From NCBI RefSeq assembly GCF_009914755.1, contig NC_060927.1: DNA of 64,000 bases, one strand, 5' to 3'. The position numbers and the translations under genes were made by a program. Of this stretch, positions 46,359-62,674 are shown piece by piece (within the stretch, counting starts at the first letter, position 1; each line of letters opens with the position of its first letter). The stretch is from the human T2T-CHM13v2.0 reference genome, Homo sapiens. The notes under the pieces are model-generated. The model ran no database searches, was not told where the DNA came from, and saw nothing but the letters and a program-made list of their open reading frames with translations.

Positions 46359-46662
46359 CTTTTTTGTTTTTTTGTTTTTTTTGAGAGAGTTTTGCTTTTG
46401 TCACCCAGGCTGTAATGCAATGGCCTGGTCTCCACTCACTGCAACCTCTGCCTCATGAGTTCAAGAGATTCTCCTGCCTCAGCCCCCCGAGTAGCTGGGA
46501 TTGTAGGCATGTGCCACCACACCCAGCTAATTTTGTGTTTTTAGTAGAGATGAGGTTTTACCATGTTGGCCAGGCTGGTCTCGAACTCCTGACCTCAGGT
46601 GATCTGCTCACCTCAGCCTCCCAGAGTGCTGGGATTGTAGGCATGAGCCACCGCACCCAGCT
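46359..46662 (-). mobile_element. AluS
   Basis: TSD gacatgctggcttctt. Confidence 0.95.
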
Positions 46663-47383
46663 GACATGCTGGCTTCTTAATTAGGGCCCACAATGATTTA
46701 TGGAGCACCCAGTTTCCAGGTACAGCACTCACGTTCACAGGCCTTCCTTTGTGGTCTCATAGAAGAAGCATCTAGGGTGAACGTTTGCAATATTTTTTTA
46801 TGCTCCCATTTTGACAAATGGAAAAAATTATTTCCTGCTTTTGACGTTATCTGAAATGTCAAAATAAAGACTGGGAATAAGGACATTGGATATGCCCAAA
46901 CCTGGTTGAGAGTCTCTGCTCTAGACTGAGCTTCTCAAGTGCCAGTACTGCCCCGAAACTCTCGGGTGTCTGGCAAATCTGGATTTGAAGCCTGATCTGA
47001 TCACTTGTAGGTTATGGACCTCAGGTGAGCTTCTTACCTTCTCTCAGCCTGTGTCCCCCTTCTCTGGAAAGGTGATTATGACACCTGCCACTTAGGGCTG
47101 CTTTGCAGATTCCATGAGGCACTTAGCACCACTGCCAGTTACATAAAAAAACAAAAACAAAAAGCCCTGAAAACTTCAATCCTAATAATGGCCTTGGGAG
47201 GTAGACTAACCCCTATGCCCCCCATTTTATAGATGAGAATACTGAGGCTCAGATATACAGTTCAATAAGTGGCTTAACCTAAGCACAGACCAGGGCTCAC
47301 TGCCAGGCCTTGTGACTCCAAGTCAGGCCCTGGCCATGTGTCTACAGGTGAGCAGGAGATTTAGAGTCACCTTCTCCCCTGCC

Positions 47384-47422
47384 TGAGTCACAGGCAGGGC
47401 CAGGAGTGATTTGACTCACGTG
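47384..47422. promoter_or_regulatory. Paired AP-1 sites with overlapping E-box, candidate enhancer
   Basis: TGAGTCA 47384-47390, TGACTCA 47412-47418 and CACGTG 47417-47422. Confidence 0.4.
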
Positions 47423-47639
47423 GCTCTGCAGGACTCCTTGCATCTAGTTTCCTTAGCGCTAGGTAAGCAAGCGCCATATTGAACAGCTTTTGTGTGTTCT
47501 GTGGACTCCCTTCAGTTTCTCTTTTGTCCAGTTGGCCCAGTTGGCCACAAGCTTCGTTTCAGAGATGAGACCAAGTCTCCTATTCCTTCTCAAACAGCCA
47601 CTAGCCTCAGAGAAATCGCCTGTATATCGCCTGAATGGC

Positions 47640-47954
47640 TTTTTTTCTTTCTTTCTTTTTTTTCTTTTTTTTGAGACAGAGTCTTGCTCTGTTCCCCAGG
47701 CTGGAGTGCAGTGGTGCAATCTTGGCCCACTGCAACCTCTGCCTCCCAGGCTGAAGCCATCCTCCTGCCTCAGCCTCCCAAGTAGCTGGTATGACAGGCC
47801 TGCACCACCACACCCGGCTAATTTTTGTATTTTTAGTAGAGACGGGGTTCCACCATGTTGGCCAGGCTGGTCTCAAACTCCTGACCTCAGGTGATCCACC
47901 CACCTTGGCTTCTCAATGTGCTGGGATTACAAGCGTGAGCCACCGCGCCTCGCC
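47640..47954 (-). mobile_element. AluS
   Basis: TSD gaatggctttt. Confidence 0.95.
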
Positions 47955-48658
47955 ACGCGAATGGCTTTTAATGGAAACCTTCCCTGCAGTCTCTCATTTG
48001 AGCTTTAAGTTTCACCATCCAACTTTTTACCAGATTGGCAAAAAAAAAAAAGAAGAAAAAAAAAGGAAGAACCTAAATAGACTTCACTGTTTCCCTAAGT
48101 TCCTTACAGCTGTGCCCTTCCTCTGGTCACTGAACCTGTCAACCTAAGTTCCCTCAACCGTAAAGTGAGGACATTAATATTGGCCCTGCCTGTTCTGTGC
48201 ATCAAAATAAATGAGATGCTGTGTGGGAAGACCTTTTGCAAACTTTAACGCAGTTTTCCTCCTCTCTGACTCTCTCTCCTATGATCCAGCCTGAATCTAT
48301 TCCTTCCTCAAATGAGAAGTAGGACTGAGTCTTCTGTTCTTTGCAAAGCATTTCTCAGCACACCTGCCCAGCTGCATGAGCTGAGAGGAAATCAGCATAT
48401 TAAGGAAGAAGAAACAGTGCCTCCTGCTGAAGACTTTACTGCTTCTAGCACCTGTTAGGTAAATCTCTGTTTATTGGGTTCCAAGCTAAATTCACTCTAA
48501 AAGACCTGGAATCTTCTCTCTTACCAGTTTTCAGCAATGAAGTTTTGGTTGAGACACTGAATGTACCTAAGCCTCATTTTTAAAATGTGATAATAGTTGC
48601 CTTGCTGCGTTGTCATAGCATATTAGGACATGTTATGGTCGGCAGTCAAAGCACGTGA

Positions 48659-49025
<367 letters not shown>

Positions 49026-50741
49026 TAAATCTCTGTGCCTCAGCTTGCTTCCCCATAAAATGGGGATAATAATCTCTGGACTACTTAGCTCACAGGGTTG
49101 GTTGTGTGACTTTGAAATAAAGGCTATGGTGGGGAACTGAAGATGGCGAAATGTAGTAGCAATGCCTCAGTGGGGTTATTTGCTGGCCTGGGGCTGGTGG
49201 GTCGTGTGCTGGTTCTCAAAGGCCTGGCCTGTTGTCTGCAGCAACCACGTTTAGAAGGTCCCTTAGCATAGCTGCTCTTACCAGCTCTTCCTGAGGCCCC
49301 TGACACTCTCCCATCTCCCTGCAAGGCTCTGCGGTCTCCTTACACCTGTTACCCCCATGCCTCGCCCTGTCCGTCTCTCTTAGTCCCCCTCTAGATCACA
49401 AGGCACAGGACCATTCACCGCTATTCTCTGGATACGGAAATGGTGCCTGCCCCAATCCTGAGGGCTGTCAGAAGCTGCCCATCACATGACACGCTCAGCC
49501 CCACTCCCCTAGCTAATCCTCATGAATAAATACTAAAAAGACTCATTATGGAGAGATAAGGAAAACAGGAAGTGCTTCTGAAAGCTCCCAACAACACCCT
49601 CCCTCCAGACCAGTGAACAACCCCACCCCCTCCAGAGGCCACCAGTGTCTTTAGCAACGAGGCCCCCTCTGCGGTTGAGGAAGAGCCTCTGTCTCTCAAA
49701 CCCAGAGGGGACTGTGGGGCCTGGAGCCGGGAGGGCAGGCCAGAGGCAGGGGAGCTGAGTTGCTGTATTCTGGGCACAATTTCAAGGCCAGCTGCAGGGA
49801 GAACAAGCAGTCGCTGTGCGCCTGCAGCTGGCTGTGGTTAGGCCAGGGCTGTCCCTCACTTGTGGTATATTTAAAGAGACCTCATCAGACGGCTGTGCCA
49901 AGGGGAAAAAATGCACACATATCCCTGTTAGCCACACTCGGTTCCCCTGCCAAGGCCTCTCCTCCTTCCTCAGCTCCCAGCACTGCGTTCACACGTCAAG
50001 AGAGGAGGACCGGCTTCTCAGACTCCCTGTGTGCCACCTGGGGACACACAACCTGGCGCCTGGCCTCTCTGCCCTCTTACCAAGCTGGCCAAAAGTTCAG
50101 GGGATTAGCCAGATCGGCGCCTCCCACCCTGGCGTTGGTAACCCAGCAACCGAAGAGGAGAGGCAGGCAGATGAGTCAAATGCAGCCGCACAGAACCTCT
50201 GGCTTCGTGTTTTGTTTGTGAAAACTCCCTGTGAGTGAGGAGCACAGGGGCCCTTCCGGCAGGGAGGGGCAGGGCTTTCCTACACCACTCCAGGCCACAG
50301 GTGCCTCCTCCAGGGAGGCCCAGGCCCCACTGGACTGCAGTGCGGGCTTAGAGGCCAAGCTGGTGGGCCAAGAGGAGCCCACCCTGGCTGAACTCTCTGG
50401 CTGCCTCTTCCACTTATTTTCCTCAAGTGAAAAGAAGACTATGGGCCTAAATCCCACGGGAAGGTAGGCCTGGTAGCAAGAACTCTGGGCAAGAGAACCA
50501 ATGGGCGTAAAGTCCCACGGAGCAGGTGTGCATAGAAGTTTGGGCTTTCAGGTGGCCAGACACCAAGGAGCTGTCCTCATGGCAATCAATGAGAGGGCTT
50601 CCGGAGCGAAGCCCAGCCAACGTGGGGTGAGAGGGTGGGAAGTGGGCAGCTTATCAACCAGGGGAGGGGAGCCAGCAGGCAGACTGTCTGAGGCAGGCCC
50701 CTACAAGTGCCGGAAGAGTTAGTGAAACACAAGTGCACCAA

Positions 50742-50915
50742 CAGGATTGGCTACATAATTTGCGGGGCCTAGTTCAAAATGAAAATGCCAGGTTCTTTGT
50801 TAGAAAATTATCAAGGATTTCAAGACAGTGACAGCATAGGATGAAATCAAGGGCCCTTCTAAGCACAAGGACATTTTGTGACCACACAGGTTGCACACCC
50901 ACAAAACTGACCCTG
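50742..50915 (-). mobile_element. MER45A (hAT-Tip100 MITE)
   Basis: cagg...gctacataatttgcggggcc.agt.caaaatgaaaatg...tttcaagac...gggcccttct...ccctg. Confidence 0.85.
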
Positions 50916-51405
50916 GGTACCTGTGAGTCAGCTCGCTGAAGCAGATGTGAAAATCAAGGCAGGTCAGCTGGGGGATGTCTGGCTGCAGCCCCTATACTCC
51001 CCACCCCTGCTGCCCTGTAACACCAGTTCCCAGACTTTTACCAGGCTTGGGACATTGTCTCTCCAACAGCAGCCCCTCTCCCTGTGCTGACGGCAATGGA
51101 GACTTTATCTCTCAGAAAAGAGGGAATCGCAAGGCCACGGTGGAAGGAGGGCTGAGGGCTGGAATGAAGTGTGGCTCTGGGCTCTCGGGGCCTCTGAGTC
51201 CCAAAGCCCCCCAGGGATTCTCTAGACAGGCCACTGGAGCCTTCTGAGTGAGCGTATGGAGGTGTTTTGGAACAGGATGGAGAAACAACAGAGACTACGC
51301 TCTGGGTCACCTCTTAAGGTCCCAAGAGGATACATCCTGTGCATGTGTGACAGTCCAGGAGCAGAACCAAGATCCAGGAAGCCTTCTCCCCACTTGGGAA
51401 CTTAC

Positions 51406-51496
51406 CTCCAACTCAATGTGGTCGTGGAGTTTCTTGCAGGTCGCTGCAAAAGTCTCCGAGGTGCCAAATTCAAAGTACCACAGCTTGTTCTTCATC
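51406..51496 (-). CDS. DGKG: DGKG coding exon (91 nt), (R)MKNKLWYFEFGTSETFAATCKKLHDHIELE, diacylglycerol kinase accessory domain
   Basis: Acceptor ...tgtggtccAG|GATG and donor GAG|GTAAGT. The peptide matches type I DGK (KNKLWYFEFGTSE) and joins the next exon in phase 0. Confidence 0.96.
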
Positions 51497-52856
51497 CTGG
51501 ACCACAAAGCAGAGAGATGTCTCAATATTCCATACTTGAAATGCTCATGTAAAATAGCTATGTTCTTTGGATTGGGAGGCCCAAGCCTTCAGCAATTTCC
51601 CCAATCTTACATTTTCAGCACTTGTTAATCAGATGATCAAGGAATAGAAATTTTTTACCAACTGTTCTTGCTCGGAACTTAGAGAAAATCCACTTATTTC
51701 TTAGACATCACGGCAACCCTGGGTGAACTACCAACTGCTCCCCGAGTTTCCTGGTCAGAACAGGAAGAAGGTCTCTGTAGCTGCATTAAGGAAAGAGCTC
51801 TACGAGAAGTCAAGCCAGAGGTGGCAAATATCAATACAGTGCTCTGGCCACTGTCCTTTCCATTACTCAGGCAGAACTCTCTTTTGGGTATGTTTGGGGT
51901 GTAAAGGGAAGATCCTTCTAAGACTTGAGGGATGTGCAGTCTTAGGACAGAGGAGGGATAGCCCCACACTAACCCAGCTAAAATGTGTGCTGCATTGCCC
52001 AGGCTCTGACTGGGGGAAGCAGAGTGGCAAGAATTAGATACAGACTTGCAGGCAAGTTGGAAAAAAAGAAGAGTTGATTGGTAGCAATAATCACCTCCCC
52101 TCTTCCTCAAATGTATTTGCTTAGGCCATGGCAATCCTTCAGTTAAGGGCAAGACTTGTCATATTTGCTTCAAAGTAAGAGTTCACTACTTTGAGCTTTA
52201 AAAATTTTCAGCATTTTCCTTGAGAGAAAAAAAAAATCAATCAATGGGGTTCCCGTGTAGCTGGGGGCTTTGCAAAGTCAGATGGTGTGTCCTGACACTT
52301 GGTGCTTTTGATCAGATGGTCTCACTGGGAAGTGTTTCTGAAGGTATTCCATTCCTTCCACCCCAACTGTCACCCCATTATCAGGGGTTGGCTAAGAGAA
52401 GGGACACCTGTCCAGTTTACGAGCTGACAGATTTTGCTAAGGAAGGATTAAACAAAATCACATTCTTCTTGGCACTCAGAAGAGAGGATGCCACCTTGCA
52501 TGGCGCTAATCCTCTCTCCTCAGGTTTGCAGATGAAGGGGAAAGGAGCAGTCTTCAGAGGGAAGAGGGCTCTTATTTTTTCCTCATGTTCCTTAGGTTGT
52601 AGCAGATGACTCTCCAGAATAATAGACACAACTCTTTTCTGCAGATTTCCCCAAGAGTCTACCTAGAACTTGAAGATGAAACTGTGTTCTTCCATTGTAT
52701 GAAGACTTCTGAGATCTAGTTGGTTGGGAAATAGCTTCTCTGACTCTTAGTATGCATGAAAAGAACTAATAAATGATGAAGAAAGTAAGAGTAAGCAAGC
52801 TCTGGGAATTATGCCTCATGAACAAAATTAGAAGAGCTGGGTGTACTGTAAGCAGA

Positions 52857-53415
52857 CCGGTGCTTCTCAACCCATGTGCTGTGGCACAGGCGTACCTGGG
52901 ATGTCAGTCTCCTCAGCCTGCAGAGCAGCCAGGTGGGATCTGGGACAGGCTGAGCCCCAATGCCATGGCAAACATTCTCATTTGTATTCCCAGTGTGCCA
53001 CACATAGATTTTCATTTTCTATGCATGCCATGATGATGTAAAATAATTGGGGGAAACATTGTTCTAGATGACTGGTTCTCTGCATGCACAGTCATGTGCA
53101 TATCTAATCACTTGGGGATTTTATGAAGATGCACATTCTGATTCAGTGATTTAGGGTTAGGGCCCAAGATTCCTCATCTTCAGTGCTGCTGGTCCAGGGG
53201 ATACTGTGAGTCATGTGGATCTGGAGACTATGCCTGTGGTTCTCAAACATTGGTATTTATAAGAATTACCTGGGGAATGTGATTAAAGTGCTGCTTCCAG
53301 GGCTCCAATCTGTAGAGATTCTATGAGAGAGTTGTGGAACGGGGCCCAGGATTGTGCATTTTTATGTGTGTCCAAGTGATCATTATGCAGATGGTCAGTG
53401 GACAGGACATTGCTG
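52857..53415. mobile_element. Three adjacent hAT-Charlie MITEs (one Charlie/MER-type, two MER5-type)
   Basis: Starts ggtgcttctcaa, ctggttctc and ctgtggttctcaaac, separated by NTCTAGAN-like sites. Confidence 0.6.
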
Positions 53416-54344
53416 TAGATCCCAGTGAAATGAAAACATGGAAAAGGACAGAACCAGTTAAACCTGAAGGAGAGAATTCTCCAGGGAGGACAGAATGAGG
53501 GTCAGTGCCTTTCCACAGTCAATGATGGCAAAAGACTAAGTAACAGGAAAAACACAGATTGTCATAAATGTCAAAGCTGAGCATTCCTTTTTGGCAGCAA
53601 GAGCATCTTTGTAGCCAGGAGACTTGCTTGTGATTCCATTTTCAAATATCACTGCTGGCCTGAATCATGACTTTTGAAAGTTATTGCCAGGAGATTTAGA
53701 GTTTCAATAAAAGTTTCCGGAAGCCACAGCTATTTTTGCCCAGTAGTAGCTCTTCTGATGAGCTAATAAAGGTTAAGAGGTCACGGTTAGGTCAGCATCG
53801 CAGAATAACTGAGAAGATCAAACGGACTACTCATTCATTGCTGGCTGTGTAACCTTTGACAAGTGATTTAATGTTTTTAAGCCTCAGTTTCCTCATCTCT
53901 AAAATAGAGATAAGAAAAATATCTGCTTCAAGAGGTAGTTGAAAAGTTAAATGAGATAACAGCAAAGCACTTCACATAGGATTGCTGTATAGCAGGCTCA
54001 TCAAGAATGCCAGCTACTTACTTATTAGCTATTATTATTTCAGTGTCTTGAGCTGGCATATTTGGATAATATAGTGAGGCAAAAATGACAGATAAGGATG
54101 TGTAGCTATAGATATTATATATTAATATTTTTCTGGGCAAGAAAAAATGTGATCATATTTATTAAATTATGTGTCTTGATTTTTGGTGAAAAAAATATGC
54201 TCCCCATATGTCCTTAATAGATTTTTCCAGAGTCATACCATGCCCTAATCCTTGATTAATTATCTTGACTGGTCACACAATTGGCCAAAGCGATGCTAAT
54301 TGCTAATATACTTCGGAGAAAGTGCATGTTTGGTGTGAGACAAA

Positions 54345-55470
<1,126 letters not shown>

Positions 55471-55566
55471 GTTTTTGGTTAATCTTTTCATTCATCCATC
55501 CATCCATCCATTAAACATTTATGGACCCCTACTGTGGGCCAGGTGCTGTGTAGGGCTTGGAGATAA

Positions 55567-55904
<338 letters not shown>

Positions 55905-57833
55905 GAGCTTATACACTTTTAATAGCATCACCAAGACCTAAGATTGAACCTCTGACCCACAAGGGACGTGGCTTTTAGATATGTTCAAAATGGAAATGCT
56001 TCTATTTCTCCTCTTTTAACTCAGGCACTTTTTGGCTAGAAGTGAATGCATTCTATTCCCATGGCCCTTTGGTTTTGCACTCTGCTAAACATTTTACACA
56101 CACCATCTCCTTCAGTTCTCAGAAGAAGCTTACAGGTAGGTTACTCTAAGATTTCCTTATTGCTACAAATAAGGACATTCACAGATGGAAGTGAATTCTC
56201 CTCTGCCTCGTCTTCCTTTTCCTTTGTCAACACCAGCACACCACCACCACCACCCATTTCCAAAGCCTTCAGGAAAAGCCTATAGGCACGTGGTACCCTA
56301 CAATTTGAGCTGGGAGATGCAGCCCCCACTCTCCCTGACTACCAGAGAGCCTGAGTGCAATGTTCCTTCTTCTGTTTTGAAGCTATCTCCCCTCCTACTT
56401 TACTCTTAGCCCTTGTTGGAGGACCGTTGCTGCAGAATGTGGCACTGAGCTTTTGTCTGTTTCATCTTCTATTGTACAAGAATATGGCATCTGAGAGCTG
56501 AGAGGCTAGGGTTCATGACTGGCTTTGCCACTCACTGGCTGGGCAAGTTATTTAAATTATTTGAACCTTCACTTCTTCTACAAAATGGGAACATTATTTT
56601 CTACTCACAAAGTTGTGAGGCTTATGTGGCAAATGCAAAGTACCAAGCAGGTGTTTAATGCATAGTAAGTGCTCAGTAGCTGTTCTTCCTTGTTGCTAGG
56701 AGACACAATCACTGGAAGAAGACGCATTCCCCACAGGCTGCAGGGGTAAGGGTGGGTCTACTGTGGGGAGTCTATCGTAGGTGGCCCATATTTTTTGAAG
56801 AAAATAAAACTAACGATGTTTTCATGGCTGCTGGAATGCTTTTTCTGCATCTCTCTTCCTGAGTAGTCTTTGGCCCACCATTTTTTTTTCCCCTCTTACA
56901 ATCACCTTTCAGCTGGAGATGACTAATCCTTAACCAGCTGTTCTGAGGCTGATTTCCAGTTCCATGAAACTCCTAGGTTCATTGTCAGGCTCTGAACTAT
57001 CCAGATGAACCCATTCTTGAGGCAGAAGATCCTCCTGTGTGCTCCAAGGGACTCTCAGCCACATGGAGAAATGGCAAATACAAACAGTGACACCATGGCT
57101 CAACTCTATTTCTGGGTTTTCTTAATTGCCCCCTGGCTTATAAGAAAATAACATCAATTGCACACTAGCTAGTTGAATCTTTTCATTAGACAGATGAGAG
57201 AAAAAATGAGACTAACTAAAAATGTTCTTTTATGTTTGTCAGCAATTTAGGGCTGAAATCCATCATCCTGACAGCTATGAATAGCCTGTTTTCAAGGATG
57301 TCCACAGTGAAACCCAGCTAGCTGCTGGCCATTCACTTTACCAGCAGAGGCTACGCACTCAGCTTCCTATGCCACCCTGAGCTTCTGGGGACCCTTTCCT
57401 GAGAATCAAGGAAGTTTTAAGGGCATTGGGCTTTTGAAGTTGTCAAAACATGAAAACATTTATTTGGGCTTAGAAGTCTACACAGAGAACACTACAGTTA
57501 TTTCTAGAAATAGAAGCCCTTGAAGTGAAGGTATTCCTCTTTGTGGTTTGGACTTTGATAATCAGGTTCTCTGAGTGACTCATAACTCACATAGTTAGTT
57601 AGGCCTTGGGTGTCAGCATTAGATTGGGAGGCCTGGTGAAACAGATGCTACCCACAAGATGGTGTTCTGTATGGCATGGGGGGAGGGCAGAATGATTTAG
57701 TGGAGACTGTGCTGCACCAGCGGGCAGAGCTGCCTCCCAGACCCCATTATCAAACACACCAGCATGTGACTTCATGAGAGTCACTCAGCAACACCAGGCC
57801 TCAGATTCCTCATCTTAAAAATGAAGGGCTTGG

Positions 57834-58206
<373 letters not shown>

Positions 58207-59026
58207 TCAGAACAGGATGGGAGGACTCACGTGTTCTACAACTGCTGCTGTGTAGGAGTGTGGGCCCAAGTATTGTCAGAACTGACATTTTTGAAAGAGA
58301 ATCCAGAAATATATTTTCATGTAAAATCTCCTGATTATTGGAATTGGCAACTAATTCAAGTTTTTAAGAACCTAAGCCAAAAAACTACACATTTGGGAAA
58401 ACTGTAGCTAGCCAACAGGACATTTCTGTATATGAATTATAAATTTTCATCAGGTTCATCTCAATTAAAATATAAAACAAATGATCTCAATCCCATTTGG
58501 GATTTGCTGGGTTATTAGTGGTGTTATTGCTACCACTACTGAAGATAATAGACTAGCATTGGATTACTAAGGTAAATAATAATTTAGCAAATCAGGTATA
58601 ACAGAAATGCAGAACGGCCAAATGCAACAAGAGTTGAATTATAATTGATAAATATTAGTAATAATATTGACAGTACTTTACCTGTTAACATTTTACATTA
58701 CTTGAATCTCAAATACCTTTGGAAGCTTAGTGATTATGTTAACCGAAGTTTACATCAAGAGTTAAAAAAAAAAAAAAAAAAAGAAAAGCAAAGGCAGGTG
58801 GGGTCTGCTCTGAGGCCAGGATGTCAAGTCCTATAAGGGGCCCCTGACTGTTACCTCACAGGTGCTGCAGAGGCCATCTGTGTCACCCGCACACCCAGCT
58901 GCCTTGGCCCATCAGAGAGTGTGTCACCACATCTAATCCACGCTGCATGCTGTCCCCAGCTCTCACTGCTCATCAGAACAGGCACGCAGTGATCCTCAGG
59001 CACCGAGCTGTGCATGGAATCATCTT

Positions 59027-59045
59027 TTCCAAGAGGGGGCAGTGG
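59027..59045 (+). promoter_or_regulatory. Candidate CTCF site
   Basis: ttCCAAGAGGGGGCAGTgg fits the CCNNNAGRKGGCRSY core. Confidence 0.5.
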
Positions 59046-62000
59046 CCCCTTTGGTTCAAGGGAAAGTGAACACCCAAAAATCAGGAAGGAGGCTTTATAA
59101 ATAGCTGTTTTTGTACTCTGAATGTGACTCTTGTGCCTGCTGTTCCTGCCAACAGATTTGTGTTGGCTCGATGTGTTTCAGCTTCAAGGCGCGAGGTATT
59201 CCCTGGCTTGTTTCCATACTTGGGACAAGACTGGTGTTCATGGCACTCAGAAAAATCTAGGGTGGTGAATGATGGGAAGACTGGAGGCCAGAGACCAGGA
59301 AGAGTGGGCAGAAAGATGGAGAACAGGAAAGGGGAGATCTCAAGAAGGGGCTCAGAAAAAAAAAGGCTGAGGAAGGAGGGAGAAACTTGAGTAGGATGTA
59401 TTTTATTGTATAACTATGGAATCCTCTTAATAACCTCTGAAGACACTTCTTGAGTCATTTCCATGTGTGAGAAGTTAACTGTAAAATCACAGATGACATA
59501 CTGTTTGCAACTAAGAGGTCTTCAGGGTTCAGGGACTTATTATAGCCAGGGGATCACAGGTTCCAAAGAGTTCTTCCAAAGTGTAAATGGAGTCCAGGAG
59601 CTGCTGTCAATATGTCTTAATGTAAAATAGTATTTGTGCATTTAATCATAATAAAGACAGCATAGGCTAACTAGTGGGTTAAACTATAATTTTTTTGATG
59701 TGCAATGGAATTAAATCAGTTATATCAGTTACTGCTTGGTAACCAGAGACACGGATTGAATGGCAATTGAATCCTGAATAATCAAAATGGGGAAACAAAT
59801 GATTACTTAGAAGAGCTTTATGGCTGAAAAAAGTCTTACTCAATATGGCACCCATGGTGGGAGGCAGTGGGAGAATGAATAAAAATAGTGCACTATTCCA
59901 TAGTAAAAGGGTACATGTAAAATTACTACTCTATACCAGGGCTCCATGGTGGTTCTCTTCTAAGCCATGGCAGCCTTCTCACGGTACAGCTTAGGAAACC
60001 GAGATCAGTTCTTGGTGATGCAGCTGGGAGGTATGGAGCTGGAATACAAACCCCGTCTTCCAGCCCATACTCCTTACTGGTTTACTCTCCCTGGCTCCTG
60101 TTGCTATGCCCCAGAGGCACCTGAGAGAAATGGAAAAGTCAACCGAAGTCACCAGAGCTAGTGACTGCAAAGCTGTGAGTCATTCTCATTCATGCCTGTG
60201 AGCTGGGTTTACTCACATCTACCACATGCGCCACCGGTATGGCTGTAGGATCCCAGCTTGAGGTTGGCTGGGACCCTGACACTCTTTAGCAGAGTCCATG
60301 ATCTGGGCCTCCCCATTGGTCTCCAGTCTCCACTCTTGTCCCAGAGTAACAAAGGGCCAAACCCATAAGCCTCATATTTAGAGCAGCCTCTGTACCCCTT
60401 CAAGGGTAATTCTGGGCCCCTAAGAATCTACTGCCTCTGAACAGTGACCCTTCTCTTCCATATAAGACAGTGTGTTTCTGCGGACCAAGGACACATTCTC
60501 CATTGATAGGATCTCCGAATTCTGTCTGGCACCTGACAGTATCTCCTCCTAAGGGCAGGACTCCAAGCACGAAGATTGCCAAAGTCTGAAATCGGATCCT
60601 TTCCCAGTGCAGCACACAAGGACACACGTGTGCACGTGCGGGCACACACACAGGCCGCAACAAGAAGGCTTCCCTGAGACTCATGATCCACTGTTACCAA
60701 ATGTGCTCGCAGACACTGCCCCTCTGAGGCCAGAGAGTCTCTCCAAAGGCCCAGCAGCCTGACTGGAGAATGGCCACTGTGCTGTGAAAGGCACCACTTT
60801 GGGGGTGGCCCTCAGGGGAGAATGCTGAGGGGCAGGCAAGGCCAGGACCATGTTGTCAGGGTTTTCCTTTCCTGATGGCCTGGGTCTCCAGGGTGTTTTT
60901 CCAGTTAGTATCTGTCCTTGCCAAGAGAAAATAGCTCCTTTCCCTCATCCAAAAAGAAAAAAGAAAGAAAGAAAAAACCCTCACAGTTTGGCTGCTTCTT
61001 AGCAATCCTTTCTCCCTTTGAAGAGTTATTCGTGGAAAGAAAATCCCCTTCAGGCTGATTTGGCGGAGGGTGGAGGGCATGGAATAAGCTTGCTCTTGGC
61101 AGTTAACGGAGAGCAAAGTCAAATACTGGGACAAAAAGAAATCCCTGCCTGGAGGGACGGGGAAAAGGCGGACAGGAATGCTCACTCCTGAGGTTCTGTA
61201 GTGATTCCTTAGCTGTGCTTTCCAGCATTTACACATCCATCAGCCCTGGGAACTGGTATCTGAAGGCGGTGGGGACAGTGAAGATACAGGTGGGTGAGGC
61301 CTCGTGTTAGAAACTGAGCCTTGAAGGCTTAGAGAAGGTGGCTGTCCTGCTGGAGCTGAGCCTCTCGCTGTGGAAGGTGACTTCCTGGGTCCTGATCAAC
61401 CAAGACTAAAAGGTGGAACTGTCTGGAGGAGCAGAGGCAAACCCTGGAAGCAGGTCCACACCCTCACACTACCGTGACCGCCGGGTGGGTCCTGAGGGAG
61501 CCAGCTGAGCTCTGCCGGCCCCCAGCTGTTGAGAGGAATCTCACTTCCCACTTCATAAATGTTGACCGTGGGTCTGACCTACACTGGCTGCTTTATGCAC
61601 CCAAGGGTCGCGCTCTTTTGATCCTCACGTCTACCCCCTGCGGTAGGTACTATGGTGGCTATTTGTAGACGTGTGAGATGGTTGTTCCTTGGCAAACCTA
61701 CAGCTAGACTGGAACGGGATCACAGAGTCTGAGGGGATGCAGGCTGGCTGATCCTGTTCTCCCCTCTCGCTCCCCAGCCAGTCTTTCTGAACACGAGGCA
61801 GTGCCTGCTTTATGATAGGTCGGGTTACAAAAGTTCCTTGGTTAAGCCAGTTGTTTGTCACTCTGAGCACATTTCCCCATAGAAACAATGTGATGTTGAG
61901 GTTGGGTTCCCAGGCTAACCCACAAGAGCCAATTAACCCATTAGGTACCCAAACTACAATGTCTCGTTTTAGAGAGAGCTTACTGGAGCTGAAGGAGTTC

Positions 62001-62152
62001 TGGTGGGAAGGCAGAAAGGCCTGGGTTCAAGCCACAGTTCAGTCACTTACCTGCCATGTGACCTTGGGCAAATCATTTAGTCTGTCTCTTAGTTTCTCTA
62101 TTTTTGAATTGACACAATATGACCTACCTTGCAGGGGTTGCTGGCAATATTA

Positions 62153-62596
<444 letters not shown>

Positions 62597-62619
62597 AAGA
62601 ATACACACACGTGTATGTA

Positions 62620-62622
<3 letters not shown>

Positions 62623-62670
<48 letters not shown>
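62623..62670. repeat. (TA)24 microsatellite
   Basis: 48 nt, uninterrupted. Confidence 0.97.

Positions 62671-62674
<4 letters not shown>

Noticed and set aside
49500-50500. GC-rich unique stretch with ETS/AP-1 words and donor-like motifs as a second internal promoter
   Set aside because: CpG density is modest and I could not assemble a coherent promoter-exon structure. It may be an enhancer, but sequence alone does not support a call.
60714-60731. CTCF-like words here and at ~49660 and ~57341
   Set aside because: Core spacing or key positions mismatch the consensus.
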